Shown here in pieces: positions 38,960 to 48,237 of a stretch of 64,000 bases of DNA. The DNA is from Alphaproteobacteria bacterium. GTDB lineage: Bacteria; Pseudomonadota; Alphaproteobacteria; UBA2966. The notes under the pieces were generated by a model, which worked only from the letters and a program-made list of their open reading frames with translations, was not told where the DNA came from and made no database searches. The position numbers were made by a program, and so were the translations under genes. Location: NCBI GenBank assembly GCA_018650465.1, contig JABIFY010000107.1, positions 48,209-112,208 on the forward strand. The letters run 5' to 3'. Within the stretch, counting starts at the first letter, position 1. Each line of letters starts with the position of its first letter.

Positions 38960-40460
38960 CAATCTCGACCTTCCATTCCCGCTCCAGCATATTGCCCAGG
39001 GCCTTCAGGCGTTTGTCAGTGGATGGGCCGAGGAAATTTGCATCGTCCTGAGAAAGGGTCAACACAACAGGTCCATTTTCATAATCGATCTTGCTGCGGG
39101 ACAAAACGCCGGGTGTGCCCCCGGACAGAGTATGTCCAAGGCGCAAAGCAAGGCCCAGTTTGAGGACCCAGGCATATTCATCATCTGTGATCAGCTTGCG
39201 GGCGATGTTGATGAAATCGCCATCGATAGTCCCGGCATAGCGCACACAAACAGCAATGGAAATCATCGCCCGTTCCTTGTGACTGACGCCAGACAAGGGG
39301 GCGTAAAGTACACGCTTGAACGCGGCCTCGGCTCGATAATCCGGGTGGGTCCGCCAGGCCGTATCACTGAGTAAGGCTGCTGCTGTGCGAATCCGGACTT
39401 CGGCTTTGGTTTCACCTCGAAACAAGCCACGCATCCATTTTTCAAGTTCAAATCCCATGCCATCATAACGGGCTTCGCGTCCGCCCAGGCGGATCGACAT
39501 TTCAATCAGGGGATCGCGACGGCGCTCGGTTTCACTTAAATGATCATTCAGCACCCCTTCGCGCAAGCCACCCCCACTGAACACAACATGCGAAGGCTTG
39601 CCAAGCTTCAGCAATCGGGACAAAACGAGTGACGATGTTGGCAAAGAGCTGCGACGACGCGAGGTCACTCCTTTCAGGCGTTCCAGAGAATCTACACTGA
39701 GGCGGGCGATAATCTTCGAAACCTCACGGGCGTCCGCGGTTGAAATGGCATAGTGATGTACGATGCGCAATGGATACTTGTTTTGCGCCTGATGTAATTT
39801 CGCCAGAGCCCGCCAGTTGCCACCGACGGCATAAAATGTTCGCCCCTGCATTCGATCCAGCCAGTCAATTTTGGCAAGTTCCTGATCAATGAATTTTTTG
39901 GCTGCCGGCAAGGCACCTGAAAAGAGGTTATTCAGAAACAAGGCCCCCAAAGGCAAGGTCGCCCCTTGGCCGTTCTGACCACTTTTGATATCCACAAGTT
40001 CCAGGCTGCCGCCACCTAAATCGGCCATGAAGCCATCTGCATCCGGGATGGATGCCATCACGCCCAGACTGGACAAACGAGCTTCTTCCCGACCTGAAAT
40101 AACATCCACAGTGACGCCTGTGCGGGCCTTGACCTGATCGGTCAGGATGTGCCCGTTGGCGGCATTGCGCACGGCCGCCGTTGCAACAATACGAGGAATA
40201 CTTGCGCCCATTTCTGCCGACAAATGCACAAATCGCTCAATGGATCGCAGGGCGTTATCCATGGTCTCCTGGCGCATGCAATTGTCGTCACCAATATCGC
40301 GACCCAAGCCACAAAGATTTCGCTCATTGAAAATTGGCAGCGCGTTGCTGACCAACCCTTCGAACACCACCAGTCGAACGGAGTTCGAACCGACATCGAT
40401 AACAGCAAAGGGTGTCAATGACGAAGCCTTTTGTTTCGGGTCCTGCGGTGACTGATCCAT
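38949..40460 (-). CDS. ppx: Ppx/GppA exopolyphosphatase
   Basis: IDVGSNSVRLV, ATAAVR.A.NG, EEAR, DLGGGSLE, GGNWR, GLREG, HPDYR. Confidence 0.95.
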   Translation of the reverse strand: MDQSPQDPKQKASSLTPFAVIDVGSNSVRLVVFEGLVSNALPIFNERNLCGLGRDIGDDNCMRQETMDNALRSIERFVHLSAEMGASIPRIVATAAVRNAANGHILTDQVKARTGVTVDVISGREEARLSSLGVMASIPDADGFMADLGGGSLELVDIKSGQNGQGATLPLGALFLNNLFSGALPAAKKFIDQELAKIDWLDRMQGRTFYAVGGNWRALAKLHQAQNKYPLRIVHHYAISTADAREVSKIIARLSVDSLERLKGVTSRRRSSLPTSSLVLSRLLKLGKPSHVVFSGGGLREGVLNDHLSETERRRDPLIEMSIRLGGREARYDGMGFELEKWMRGLFRGETKAEVRIRTAAALLSDTAWRTHPDYRAEAAFKRVLYAPLSGVSHKERAMISIAVCVRYAGTIDGDFINIARKLITDDEYAWVLKLGLALRLGHTLSGGTPGVLSRSKIDYENGPVVLTLSQDDANFLGPSTDKRLKALGNMLEREWKVEIDGK

Positions 40461-40517
40461 GTGAATTAAATTTGAAGTCAAAAACTGTTCTCCAGTCCTG
40501 GGGGACAAGCAGTGTTC

Positions 40518-42686
40518 TCAGGTCACAGGATTTTCGCGCACCAGTCTGGGACTGGGGGCGGACTGTTGCAAGGCATCACCCCGACCAGACAGGCTGGGGT
40601 TGGTCATGAAATAGGTGTGGGAATTAAAGGCACCCTCTTCCCGGTTCAGGTGGTTGTAATTTCCCTCCACATCCAATTCCCAGCTTTGCGCTTCGTCCCG
40701 GAAATTGGCGGCCATAACCTGGTCGATAACCTGTTCATGCACGGTTGGATTTTCGATAGGGGCCAAAATTTCAACCCGGCCCTCCAGGTTTCGTGGCATC
40801 CAGTCGGCGGAAGAAATAAAGACCTTGGCATCCGGTGACGGCAAGCCATGCCCGGCACCAAAACAAACGATGCGGGAATGTTCCAGAAAACGCCCGACAA
40901 TGCTTTTGACCCTGATATTATCAGACATGCCTGGCAGCCCTGGCTTCAGGCAACAAATACCGCGCACGACCAGATCAATTTTAACCCCGGCCTGGCTGGC
41001 GGCATACAAAAGATCAATGATGCGACCATCCACCAGGGCATTCATCTTGGCCCAGATCGCAGCCGGGCGCCCTGCCCTGGCATGATCGATTTCATCTTCG
41101 ATCAACGAGACCAGGGCTTCGCGTAATCCAATCGGCGAGATCACCAGTTTTTCCAGGCAATCCGGCGGCGCGCTGCCGGTCATGTAATTGAAAATGGCAT
41201 TGGCATCGCGCGTGATGGCCGGGTTCACTGTGAAATAGGAAAGGTCTGTATAAACCCGGGCCGTAATCGGATGGTAGTTCCCGGTGCCTAAATGCACATA
41301 GGACCGTAAGCCTTCCTTTTCCTTGCGGACCACGAGGGAAATTTTGGCATGTGTTTTCAGATTAACAAAGCCATAGACAACCTGCACCCCGGCGCGTTCC
41401 AGATCGCGGGCCCATTTGATGTTGGCCTCTTCATCAAACCGTGCTTTCAGTTCCACAGAGGCCGTTACCGACTTGCCGGATTCTGCCGCTTCAATCAGCG
41501 CCTTGACGATCGGAGAATTATCACTGGTGCGATAAAGTGTTTGTTTAATCGCCACGACCTTGGGATCTGCTGCGGCCTGCTCCAGGAATCGCACGACAAC
41601 GTCGAAGCTTTCGTATGGGTGGTGAACAATCAGGTCCTTGGTTCGAATAGCCGAAAAACAGTGTCCTGAACTTTCATAGATGCGCTCAGGATAGCGTGGG
41701 CTGAAGGGCGGGAAGACCAGGTCGGGGCGGTTGCGCACAATCAGCTGAACCGTATCAGCCAGCCCCAGAATACCATCAACTACGGTATAGGCATCTTCCT
41801 GCACCCCCAGTTCGTTGACCACAAACCGGCGCAAATGTTCCGGCATACCGGCATTCATTTTCAGGCGAATAACCTCACCCCGGCGACGACGTTTGACCGC
41901 CGTTTCATAATAACGCACCAGGTCTTCGGCTTCGTCTTCAATCTGGATATCTGAATCCCTCAAGATTCGGATCTGGCCCTCGCCCGAAACGTCGTAGCCA
42001 GGAAACAGACGCTCGGTGAATAATGCGACAAGGTTTTCCAGAGACAGATAGCGAAGCTCGCTGCCGGGTAAGCGGATAAAACGTTCAATCTGTCGGGTCA
42101 GCGGCACCAGGGCGTTGAAAGTATTGCCGTCCATTCGGCGCTTCAGTTCCAACACCAGTGCAAAGCCGAGATTGGGAATGAAGGGGAACGGATGCGCCGG
42201 GTCCACGGCAATGGGTGTCAGCAGTGGAAAGACGTGCTGTAAAAAGAAGTCTTCCAGAAAATCCTTTTCGTCTTCAGTCAGCTCATCCCCATCCAGCACG
42301 GCAATGCCGGCACCGCGTAACTGGTGGCGCAAGCTGTCCCAGGATTTTTGCTGGTTGGCCATCAATTCGCCGGCGCGGGTATTGATCCGTTCAAGCTGCT
42401 CGTCGGGCCTCAGGCCATCCTGACTGGCTTGCTCAACCCCGGCGGCGATCTGGCCACGAATACCGGCGACGCGGACGGTATAAAATTCATCCAGGTTGAT
42501 GGCGGAAATTGACAGAAAGCGCAAACGTTCCAACAAGGGGTGGCCCTGATTGTCAGCCTCCTCCAGCACCCGTTCGTTAAAGGCAAGCCACGAAAGCTCG
42601 CGATTATTGAACCGCTTGGTACTGCCCGCCATCTCACCGGTCAGTTTATAGCCAGGTGCTTCCTGTGATGTTTCAGCTGTCGACAT
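40518..42686 (-). CDS. ppk1: Polyphosphate kinase 1
   Basis: [50 protein letters not shown]. Start set at MSTAET; the listed upstream extension overlaps sixA. Confidence 0.96.
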   Translation of the reverse strand: MSTAETSQEAPGYKLTGEMAGSTKRFNNRELSWLAFNERVLEEADNQGHPLLERLRFLSISAINLDEFYTVRVAGIRGQIAAGVEQASQDGLRPDEQLERINTRAGELMANQQKSWDSLRHQLRGAGIAVLDGDELTEDEKDFLEDFFLQHVFPLLTPIAVDPAHPFPFIPNLGFALVLELKRRMDGNTFNALVPLTRQIERFIRLPGSELRYLSLENLVALFTERLFPGYDVSGEGQIRILRDSDIQIEDEAEDLVRYYETAVKRRRRGEVIRLKMNAGMPEHLRRFVVNELGVQEDAYTVVDGILGLADTVQLIVRNRPDLVFPPFSPRYPERIYESSGHCFSAIRTKDLIVHHPYESFDVVVRFLEQAAADPKVVAIKQTLYRTSDNSPIVKALIEAAESGKSVTASVELKARFDEEANIKWARDLERAGVQVVYGFVNLKTHAKISLVVRKEKEGLRSYVHLGTGNYHPITARVYTDLSYFTVNPAITRDANAIFNYMTGSAPPDCLEKLVISPIGLREALVSLIEDEIDHARAGRPAAIWAKMNALVDGRIIDLLYAASQAGVKIDLVVRGICCLKPGLPGMSDNIRVKSIVGRFLEHSRIVCFGAGHGLPSPDAKVFISSADWMPRNLEGRVEILAPIENPTVHEQVIDQVMAANFRDEAQSWELDVEGNYNHLNREEGAFNSHTYFMTNPSLSGRGDALQQSAPSPRLVRENPVT

Positions 42687-42824
42687 AACGGTTTCTTCAG
42701 CACCCTTTATCAAAATGGTCTGCAATACCAATATCGCAATATTTCCACGCAATTGATATAACACGATTATAACCGCAATATGACAGCACCATAGGGTGTT
42801 TTCAATTTTGATTGAAACACCTGG

Positions 42825-42880
42825 TGCCCGTAACCAGTTGCCCGTAACCAGTTGCCCATAACCAGTTGCCCATAACCAGT
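42825..42880. repeat. 4 x 14-bp tandem repeat in the ppk1/sixA divergent spacer
   Basis: TGCCCGTAACCAGT x2 then TGCCCATAACCAGT x2. Confidence 0.95.
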
Positions 42881-42965
42881 TACCAAGTATGGAAGATATG
42901 AGACGTGGCGATTTCGATAAGATCGGTATCGCTTCAGTAACCAAACAGTAAATTCCGGAGAGTCT

Positions 42966-43481
42966 ATGAAGTCCCTGTACCTCTTGCGCCACGCCAAAAC
43001 CGAAGCCGGCGGTTTTTTCACCCAGGACAAGGATCGCAAACTTGTCGACCGGGGCCGCAGTGATACGACGCTGATGGCAAGGCATATGATCGACAAGGGA
43101 TTGCTGCCAGATCAGATTATTTGCTCAACCGCCACCCGTGCCGTCACAACGTGCGAATTACTCCAGGAAACGCTTGGGCGGCAAATCGATGTGGAATATG
43201 AAGACGAGCTCTATTTGGCCGAGGCTGCAAAATTGATGGCTTTTGCCAAAGGCGCACCGGAAACCGGAAACAACATGTTGGTGATTGCCCACAATCCTGG
43301 AATGGCGTCCTTGGCCTTTGCCATGGCCGCTCAAAATGGCGGCATGCCCGCGAAGTTAAGTGATTTTCCAACGGCAGCTCTGGCCTGTTTTATATTCGAT
43401 TGTAAATATTGGACAGATCTTGATCCGACGACCGCGAAACTGACGCATTTCTCGACGCCAAAGGAACTTAAAGACACATAG
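42966..43481 (+). CDS. sixA: SixA-type phosphohistidine phosphatase
   Basis: LLRHAK, D.DR.L..RG, STA.RA..T, LY.A, AHNPG, FPTA. Confidence 0.9.
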   Translation: MKSLYLLRHAKTEAGGFFTQDKDRKLVDRGRSDTTLMARHMIDKGLLPDQIICSTATRAVTTCELLQETLGRQIDVEYEDELYLAEAAKLMAFAKGAPETGNNMLVIAHNPGMASLAFAMAAQNGGMPAKLSDFPTAALACFIFDCKYWTDLDPTTAKLTHFSTPKELKDT

Positions 43482-43485
43482 TTAT

Positions 43486-43540
43486 CCGCTAAATGTCTTA
43501 TGAATGTCCGCTAAATGTCCGGTGAATGTCCGGCAAATGC
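43486..43540. repeat. 5 x 11-bp degenerate tandem repeat filling the sixA/MFS convergent spacer
   Basis: CCGCTAAATGT/CTTATGAATGT/CCGCTAAATGT/CCGGTGAATGT/CCGGCAAATGC. Confidence 0.88.
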
Positions 43541-43541
43541 C

Positions 43542-44759
43542 CTATTTTGCCGCCCATTTCATGGCCCAGATTGAGAGCATGCTGTAGAAGGCAAAACCGG
43601 CCACCAGGGGTATGATGGTTCCATTAAATTGCTGGCCGACGATGACCCCCAGAGGCGAGGAAATGATCGATGTTCCTGCGCCCACAATCGAGGCCCCAAT
43701 TCCCGCGATGTGACCCAGTGGTTCCATTGCCAAGGCATTGAGATTACCGAATAAAATGCCGAAAAAGAAAAATGTGACCATCATATAAGCCATAAACATC
43801 ACAAATTGCGGGATGGCCCCAAGGCTCTGGCTTATGGGCAGCAAAAGAATAATCAAAAACGCCGTAGATACGACTGCCGAAATGTAAAGCGCGTTCCTTG
43901 AAAGCTGCTGCATGCCAAATCGCATGACAAGTTTCGCATTGGTCAGCGACGCCGCGCCCAGCGCCAGCGACATCAAGGCAAACCAGAAGGGGAATTCGAT
44001 TTTACGATCAAATGTAACGTCAAATATTTGCTGGACCGAACTCAAAAACCCAATGAATGCGCCAAAAATCAAGCCAGCTGCAACGATGTAACCAAAAGAC
44101 TGGCGATTGCGAATGATCTCCACAGTTGCCCGCCAATTGCGTCGCAATGACAAGGAATGACGCCGCTCCGGTGGATGGGTTTCATCCAGGCGGATCGCAA
44201 ACCAGATCAACACAACAAGGCTGTGTGCCAGCAGCGCTACAAAAATTGCGCGCCACCCGGCAAACAACAAAATCCCCTGCCCGACCATGGGAGCAATAGC
44301 AGGCACCAGAATGAAGACCGTCATTACAAACGACATCACCCGCGCCATGGCCCGACCTTCAAACAAGTCGCGCACAACTGCTACAGTGACGATCCGGGCA
44401 CCGGCGACACCCAGGCCCTGGATAAATCGCCCGGTCAGCAAACCCGGCATGGTGTCAGCGAACAGACAGATAATGCTGCCTACCAAGAATACTGCGAAAC
44501 CCACATAAATCGGTCTCCGCCGTCCGTAACTATCTGATAAAGGGCCATAAAATAGCTGTCCGATACCAAGGCCAAACAGCATCATGGCGACCACAAGCTG
44601 AGCCTGGTTGGTACCAGCCACATTCATGCTGATCGCGATTTCGGCCAAGGCCGGCAACATGGCATCAATCGACAGCGCCACCAACGAGAACATCGCTGCG
44701 ACCAAAGCCACAAATTCCGGAAAACTGATGTCGGGTCGTGTCGCATCTTCACGAAGCAT
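43542..44759 (-). CDS. Bcr/CflA-family MFS efflux transporter
   Basis: SIDAMLPAL, GPLSDSYGRR, RFIQG, VRDLF.G..MAR. Confidence 0.92.
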   Translation of the reverse strand: MLREDATRPDISFPEFVALVAAMFSLVALSIDAMLPALAEIAISMNVAGTNQAQLVVAMMLFGLGIGQLFYGPLSDSYGRRRPIYVGFAVFLVGSIICLFADTMPGLLTGRFIQGLGVAGARIVTVAVVRDLFEGRAMARVMSFVMTVFILVPAIAPMVGQGILLFAGWRAIFVALLAHSLVVLIWFAIRLDETHPPERRHSLSLRRNWRATVEIIRNRQSFGYIVAAGLIFGAFIGFLSSVQQIFDVTFDRKIEFPFWFALMSLALGAASLTNAKLVMRFGMQQLSRNALYISAVVSTAFLIILLLPISQSLGAIPQFVMFMAYMMVTFFFFGILFGNLNALAMEPLGHIAGIGASIVGAGTSIISSPLGVIVGQQFNGTIIPLVAGFAFYSMLSIWAMKWAAK

Positions 44760-44887
44760 GGAATCTCTCTTTCGCGTTCTTCTTACGCCTCAAGCACCTA
44801 CAATGATACCAGTCCAGGGTAAAAAGTGTTTTTCCTTATCAGGAATTGTGAATTGACCTTAAAGCCTTGCAATGCTTTTCTAAAACC

Positions 44888-45382
44888 ATGAAAAAAGTGC
44901 TGATATATCTGTGTGTTACCTTCATTTTTTGGCTGCCAGTCAGAGTTGCCCAAAGCAGTGATTTTATCGCTGCCCGTACCGCCTATATTGAACTGGACTT
45001 CAAACTTGCCGCACAGCTGTTTCTGGAATTGGCGCGGGAGGGTGATCATCGCGGCCAAAGCTTTATGGGTCGCATGCATGAAAAAGGCTGGGGCGTTCAA
45101 CAGGACTTGCCCGAATCTATTCGCTGGCACCAGTTGGCAGCCAAACAGGGAAACGGCTATTCGGCCCAGAAAATCGCCATGGCCTACCAAACCGGCCAGG
45201 GTGCACAACAGGATCCGGTGAAGGCGGAGATGTGGTTCACAATCGCCATCCAGCGTGGTTTTGGCTGGGCAGATCGGGTGCTGTTGGAAAAAAGACTGTC
45301 CCGACAACAGGTCCAGCAAGGCCGTAAAATGGCGGGTGATTATATGAAAAAGCACGATCTGCTTTATAAGACAAAAAAGTAG
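44888..45382 (+). CDS. Exported Sel1-repeat protein (paralog 1)
   Basis: Signal peptide; G.M...G.GV.QD...W...AA.QG repeats. Confidence 0.88.
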   Translation: MKKVLIYLCVTFIFWLPVRVAQSSDFIAARTAYIELDFKLAAQLFLELAREGDHRGQSFMGRMHEKGWGVQQDLPESIRWHQLAAKQGNGYSAQKIAMAYQTGQGAQQDPVKAEMWFTIAIQRGFGWADRVLLEKRLSRQQVQQGRKMAGDYMKKHDLLYKTKK

Positions 45383-45424
45383 TATTGAATTGACCAAAAA
45401 CCCCTGCTCTGCTTTGCTGAGGCC

Positions 45425-45928
45425 ATGAAAATACACATGAAAAAACATTTGATTTGCCTGTCTCTCGTTTCGTTCCTTTGGCTGCCGGTTAATGCTGCCT
45501 GGAGCGGCGATTTTATCGCTGCACGCGCGGCCTACATCGATCGTGATTATGAAGAAGCCGCCCAGCTTTTTCATGAGTTGGCCCAGGAAGGCGATCATCG
45601 CGGCATGAGTTTTCTTGGCCGGATGTATAACAAGGGCATGGGTGTTCGAAAAAACCCCGCGGAATCAATCCGTTGGCATCAGGCAGCGGCGAAAAAGGGT
45701 AACGGTTTCTCGGCCAATCAAGTCGCCTTGGCGCACCTGCGCGGACAAGGCGTCAAGCAAGATCCGGTTCGGGCTGAAATGTGGTTTACCATTGCCATCC
45801 AGCGCGGCTTTGGCTGGGCCAACCGGAAGGCACTGGAGAAAAAGCTCACCCGCGAACAAGCCATGCGGGGCCGCAAAATGGCAGCCGATTTCATGAAAAA
45901 CAACAACATGGAATATAAACGGAAATAA
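45425..45928 (+). CDS. Exported Sel1-repeat protein (paralog 2)
   Basis: Colinear with paralog 1; shares DFIAAR, EGDHRG, ESIRWHQ and AEMWFTIAIQRGFGWA. Confidence 0.88.
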   Translation: MKIHMKKHLICLSLVSFLWLPVNAAWSGDFIAARAAYIDRDYEEAAQLFHELAQEGDHRGMSFLGRMYNKGMGVRKNPAESIRWHQAAAKKGNGFSANQVALAHLRGQGVKQDPVRAEMWFTIAIQRGFGWANRKALEKKLTREQAMRGRKMAADFMKNNNMEYKRK

Positions 45929-45952
45929 ACCTAAAACGTTGATACTCAGGAA

Positions 45953-46777
45953 TTATTCTATCTTTCCGCTGACCAAATCTGCCAAAAACCTAAGCACTTG
46001 CGCATCGCTGCCATGATTGGGCAGATCATTGTGTCCGCCATGATCAAAGAACACACCGCGCCTCGGCTCATTCGCCGCAGACAATAATTTTCGACCATGG
46101 GCGACCGGGATGGTGCGGTCGTGTTCGCCGTGCAAGACAAGCACAGGTGCCGAAATCTTGCTTATTTTGCCAAGCGAATCAAAGCGGTCCTTCATCATCG
46201 AACGCACCGGCAAGAACCAGTAGGCCTCAGCTGCTACATCGACAGTTGACGTGTAGGGTGCTTCCAGAACCAGAGCGCTTGTTTCATATTCGGTTGCCAG
46301 TTGAACGGCCACCCCACTGCCCAGCGATTCGCCAAACAGCACGGTGTCTGCCGCTGCCACACCTCGCTGTTCGAGAAAAGCCATTGCGGCGCGGCCATCA
46401 TCATAGAGGCCTTGTTCTGTTGGTTTGCCAGGATTACCGCCATAACCGCGATATTCAACCAGCAAAACGCCATAGCCCGCGTCAAGATACTGACGAATGC
46501 GGAAGGTCCGCCCGGCAATATTACCAGCATTGCCGTGGAAATAGACGATTGTAGAAAGATCAGCGGCTGGTTTTGCCGCCACATACCAAGCGACCAGCTG
46601 CAGTCCGTCTGCGGTTCGCAATGTGACGGTTTCTGCGCCTTTCAGCCCTGCATCTTGCGGCGTCGGCAAATAGGTTGCCGGGAAATACATCATGCGGCGC
46701 TGGGCCAGATACACAGCCGCCGTAAACAAGGCATAAGCGGCGATGACGTACAGGGCCGCGCGTAATCCAAATCCCAT
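45953..46777 (-). CDS. Membrane-anchored alpha/beta hydrolase (ABHD/BEM46-like)
   Basis: YFHGNAG, YRGYG, GESLG nucleophile, HG..D, GHN. Confidence 0.92.
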   Translation of the reverse strand: MGFGLRAALYVIAAYALFTAAVYLAQRRMMYFPATYLPTPQDAGLKGAETVTLRTADGLQLVAWYVAAKPAADLSTIVYFHGNAGNIAGRTFRIRQYLDAGYGVLLVEYRGYGGNPGKPTEQGLYDDGRAAMAFLEQRGVAAADTVLFGESLGSGVAVQLATEYETSALVLEAPYTSTVDVAAEAYWFLPVRSMMKDRFDSLGKISKISAPVLVLHGEHDRTIPVAHGRKLLSAANEPRRGVFFDHGGHNDLPNHGSDAQVLRFLADLVSGKIE

Positions 46778-46853
46778 CGGTGTAAGCCTGATTAGTGATA
46801 AACCAAGGCCTGAAGAGTGCGCCCTGCGGAACCAGGACGCAAGTCAGATGGGG

Positions 46854-47024
46854 TTAGTGGATGGTCTCGGCGCTGTTGTGCTTGATACGGGATGAAGCGA
46901 ACTGGATCTGGTGCAAAACACCTTCCCAGTGATTGGCCAATGCTATATCCAAAGCGTTGTCGACGCCGACGGCCTTGATCAAGCACTCAGCCAGTTCACG
47001 TTGGTAATTGCGATTCTCTTGCAT
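46854..47024 (-). CDS. Small hypothetical protein (56 aa), not in the ORF track
   Basis: AGGAG RBS then MQENRNYQRELAECLIKAVGVDNALDIALANHWEGVLHQIQFASSRIKHNSAETIH*. Confidence 0.7.
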   Translation of the reverse strand: MQENRNYQRELAECLIKAVGVDNALDIALANHWEGVLHQIQFASSRIKHNSAETIH

Positions 47025-47086
47025 GGTCTTGCTCCTGTGATCAGAGGTTTCTACCTCTGTATATGCGGGGACTATGAAGATTAATT

Positions 47087-47102
47087 TGCAATCAACATGC
47101 CA
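47087..47102 (-). promoter_or_regulatory. Sigma54 (-24/-12) promoter
   Basis: Minus strand TGGCAT-GTTGA-TTGCA (GG-N10-GC), about 60 nt upstream of the 56-aa ORF. Confidence 0.7.
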
Positions 47103-47259
47103 ATTGCGATCACAAGACTGTGAAAAACTGAAACGCTTTCCACACCATTTTAAAAACCATTAATTGTTTTGTATCAATAGTATATATAGAAATTCTAATC
47201 TATATTCACAGCAATATATCAAGCCCCTGCAACTTGTCCGAGGCTGCATTTATTGCCGC

Positions 47260-48237
47260 TTAGTCAGATTGCTTCACAATAAGCCGATTTGCCAACCAGA
47301 TGCTGAGACCCGCGACCGCCAAACCGACGGGCAGGTCGATCAGGTAGTGCCACTTTGTTGCCACAGCCTCGATCACGATCCAGGCGAAGGCCAGAACGTA
47401 AAGTCCTTTCAGTTTGGTGCCGTGGGCAAAGGCATACCAGACAAAAACCCAGGACGCCCCGGCATGCAGTGACGGCATAGCGGCGAGGCCTGCATTGAAA
47501 TAAGACGGCCCAATGGCTTCCAGCCACGGCAGACCGCCCTTCTGAAAGGCGTTGTAGGCTTCCCACATACCTGTCTGGGACTGTGTGGCGTGCAGGCTGG
47601 CCCCCTTGTCATAGAGAAACGGACCAATGGCCGGCATCACCAGATAAGACAAGGCCCCGAGGGACTGATTGATCAGGGTGGCGAGGTAAACCCGGCGAAA
47701 ACCACTTTGGTCGGCAATCAGGTGATAGGCGAAAGAGACGAAGAAAAGTCCCATGAAAACAATCATGTACCACCAATCAAGGCCGGGGACCCAGGCACTG
47801 TCTGGCCAAACAGATGCGACCCAGGCCCTGATCGAAATCAAACCATTAACAAGCGGCGACAACGCCAGATCAATGTCCTGATAAAGCTGGTCGTAACGTC
47901 GGGGATTGATCAGGGGAATCCACATTTTGATGTGAAAATGCAGCCACATCACAAGTGTGAAGATTGCAACAAATCCAGCACTCCAGCTCAGTTGCCGGGT
48001 CATGGAAGGAACGTCCTGCCCCTGCCCGCGCCGAACCAGCAAGGGAATGGCAAAACAGATCGCGGCCAGAGCAACAGGCACAGCGTAACGCACACCAAGG
48101 TAAATACGGATGCGTTCATCGGGAATGACAAATCCCGTACCCAACCACAAAGCCAAAAGCCCGGTGGTCAGGGCCATGATCAAAAGAACGCCCAGCTCGG
48201 GTGCTTGTTTTAACAGATGCCAACTGCGGGTGATCAT
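47260..48237 (-). CDS. Aur1/IPC-synthase-like PAP2 membrane phosphotransferase or phosphatase
   Basis: Multi-TM; Y...PA.GP, AAMPSLH and WHY.ID motifs. ATGA overlap with the upstream gene. Confidence 0.78.
   Translation of the reverse strand: MITRSWHLLKQAPELGVLLIMALTTGLLALWLGTGFVIPDERIRIYLGVRYAVPVALAAICFAIPLLVRRGQGQDVPSMTRQLSWSAGFVAIFTLVMWLHFHIKMWIPLINPRRYDQLYQDIDLALSPLVNGLISIRAWVASVWPDSAWVPGLDWWYMIVFMGLFFVSFAYHLIADQSGFRRVYLATLINQSLGALSYLVMPAIGPFLYDKGASLHATQSQTGMWEAYNAFQKGGLPWLEAIGPSYFNAGLAAMPSLHAGASWVFVWYAFAHGTKLKGLYVLAFAWIVIEAVATKWHYLIDLPVGLAVAGLSIWLANRLIVKQSD

Noticed and set aside
42687-43085. 133-aa N-terminal extension of Ppk1 in the ORF track
   Set aside because: It runs through the tandem repeat and overlaps sixA; Ppk1-like sequence begins after ATG 42686.
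44798-45598. 266-aa antisense ORF across the Sel1 genes, and similar long shadow ORFs elsewhere
   Set aside because: They lie opposite well-supported genes and show no protein motifs.
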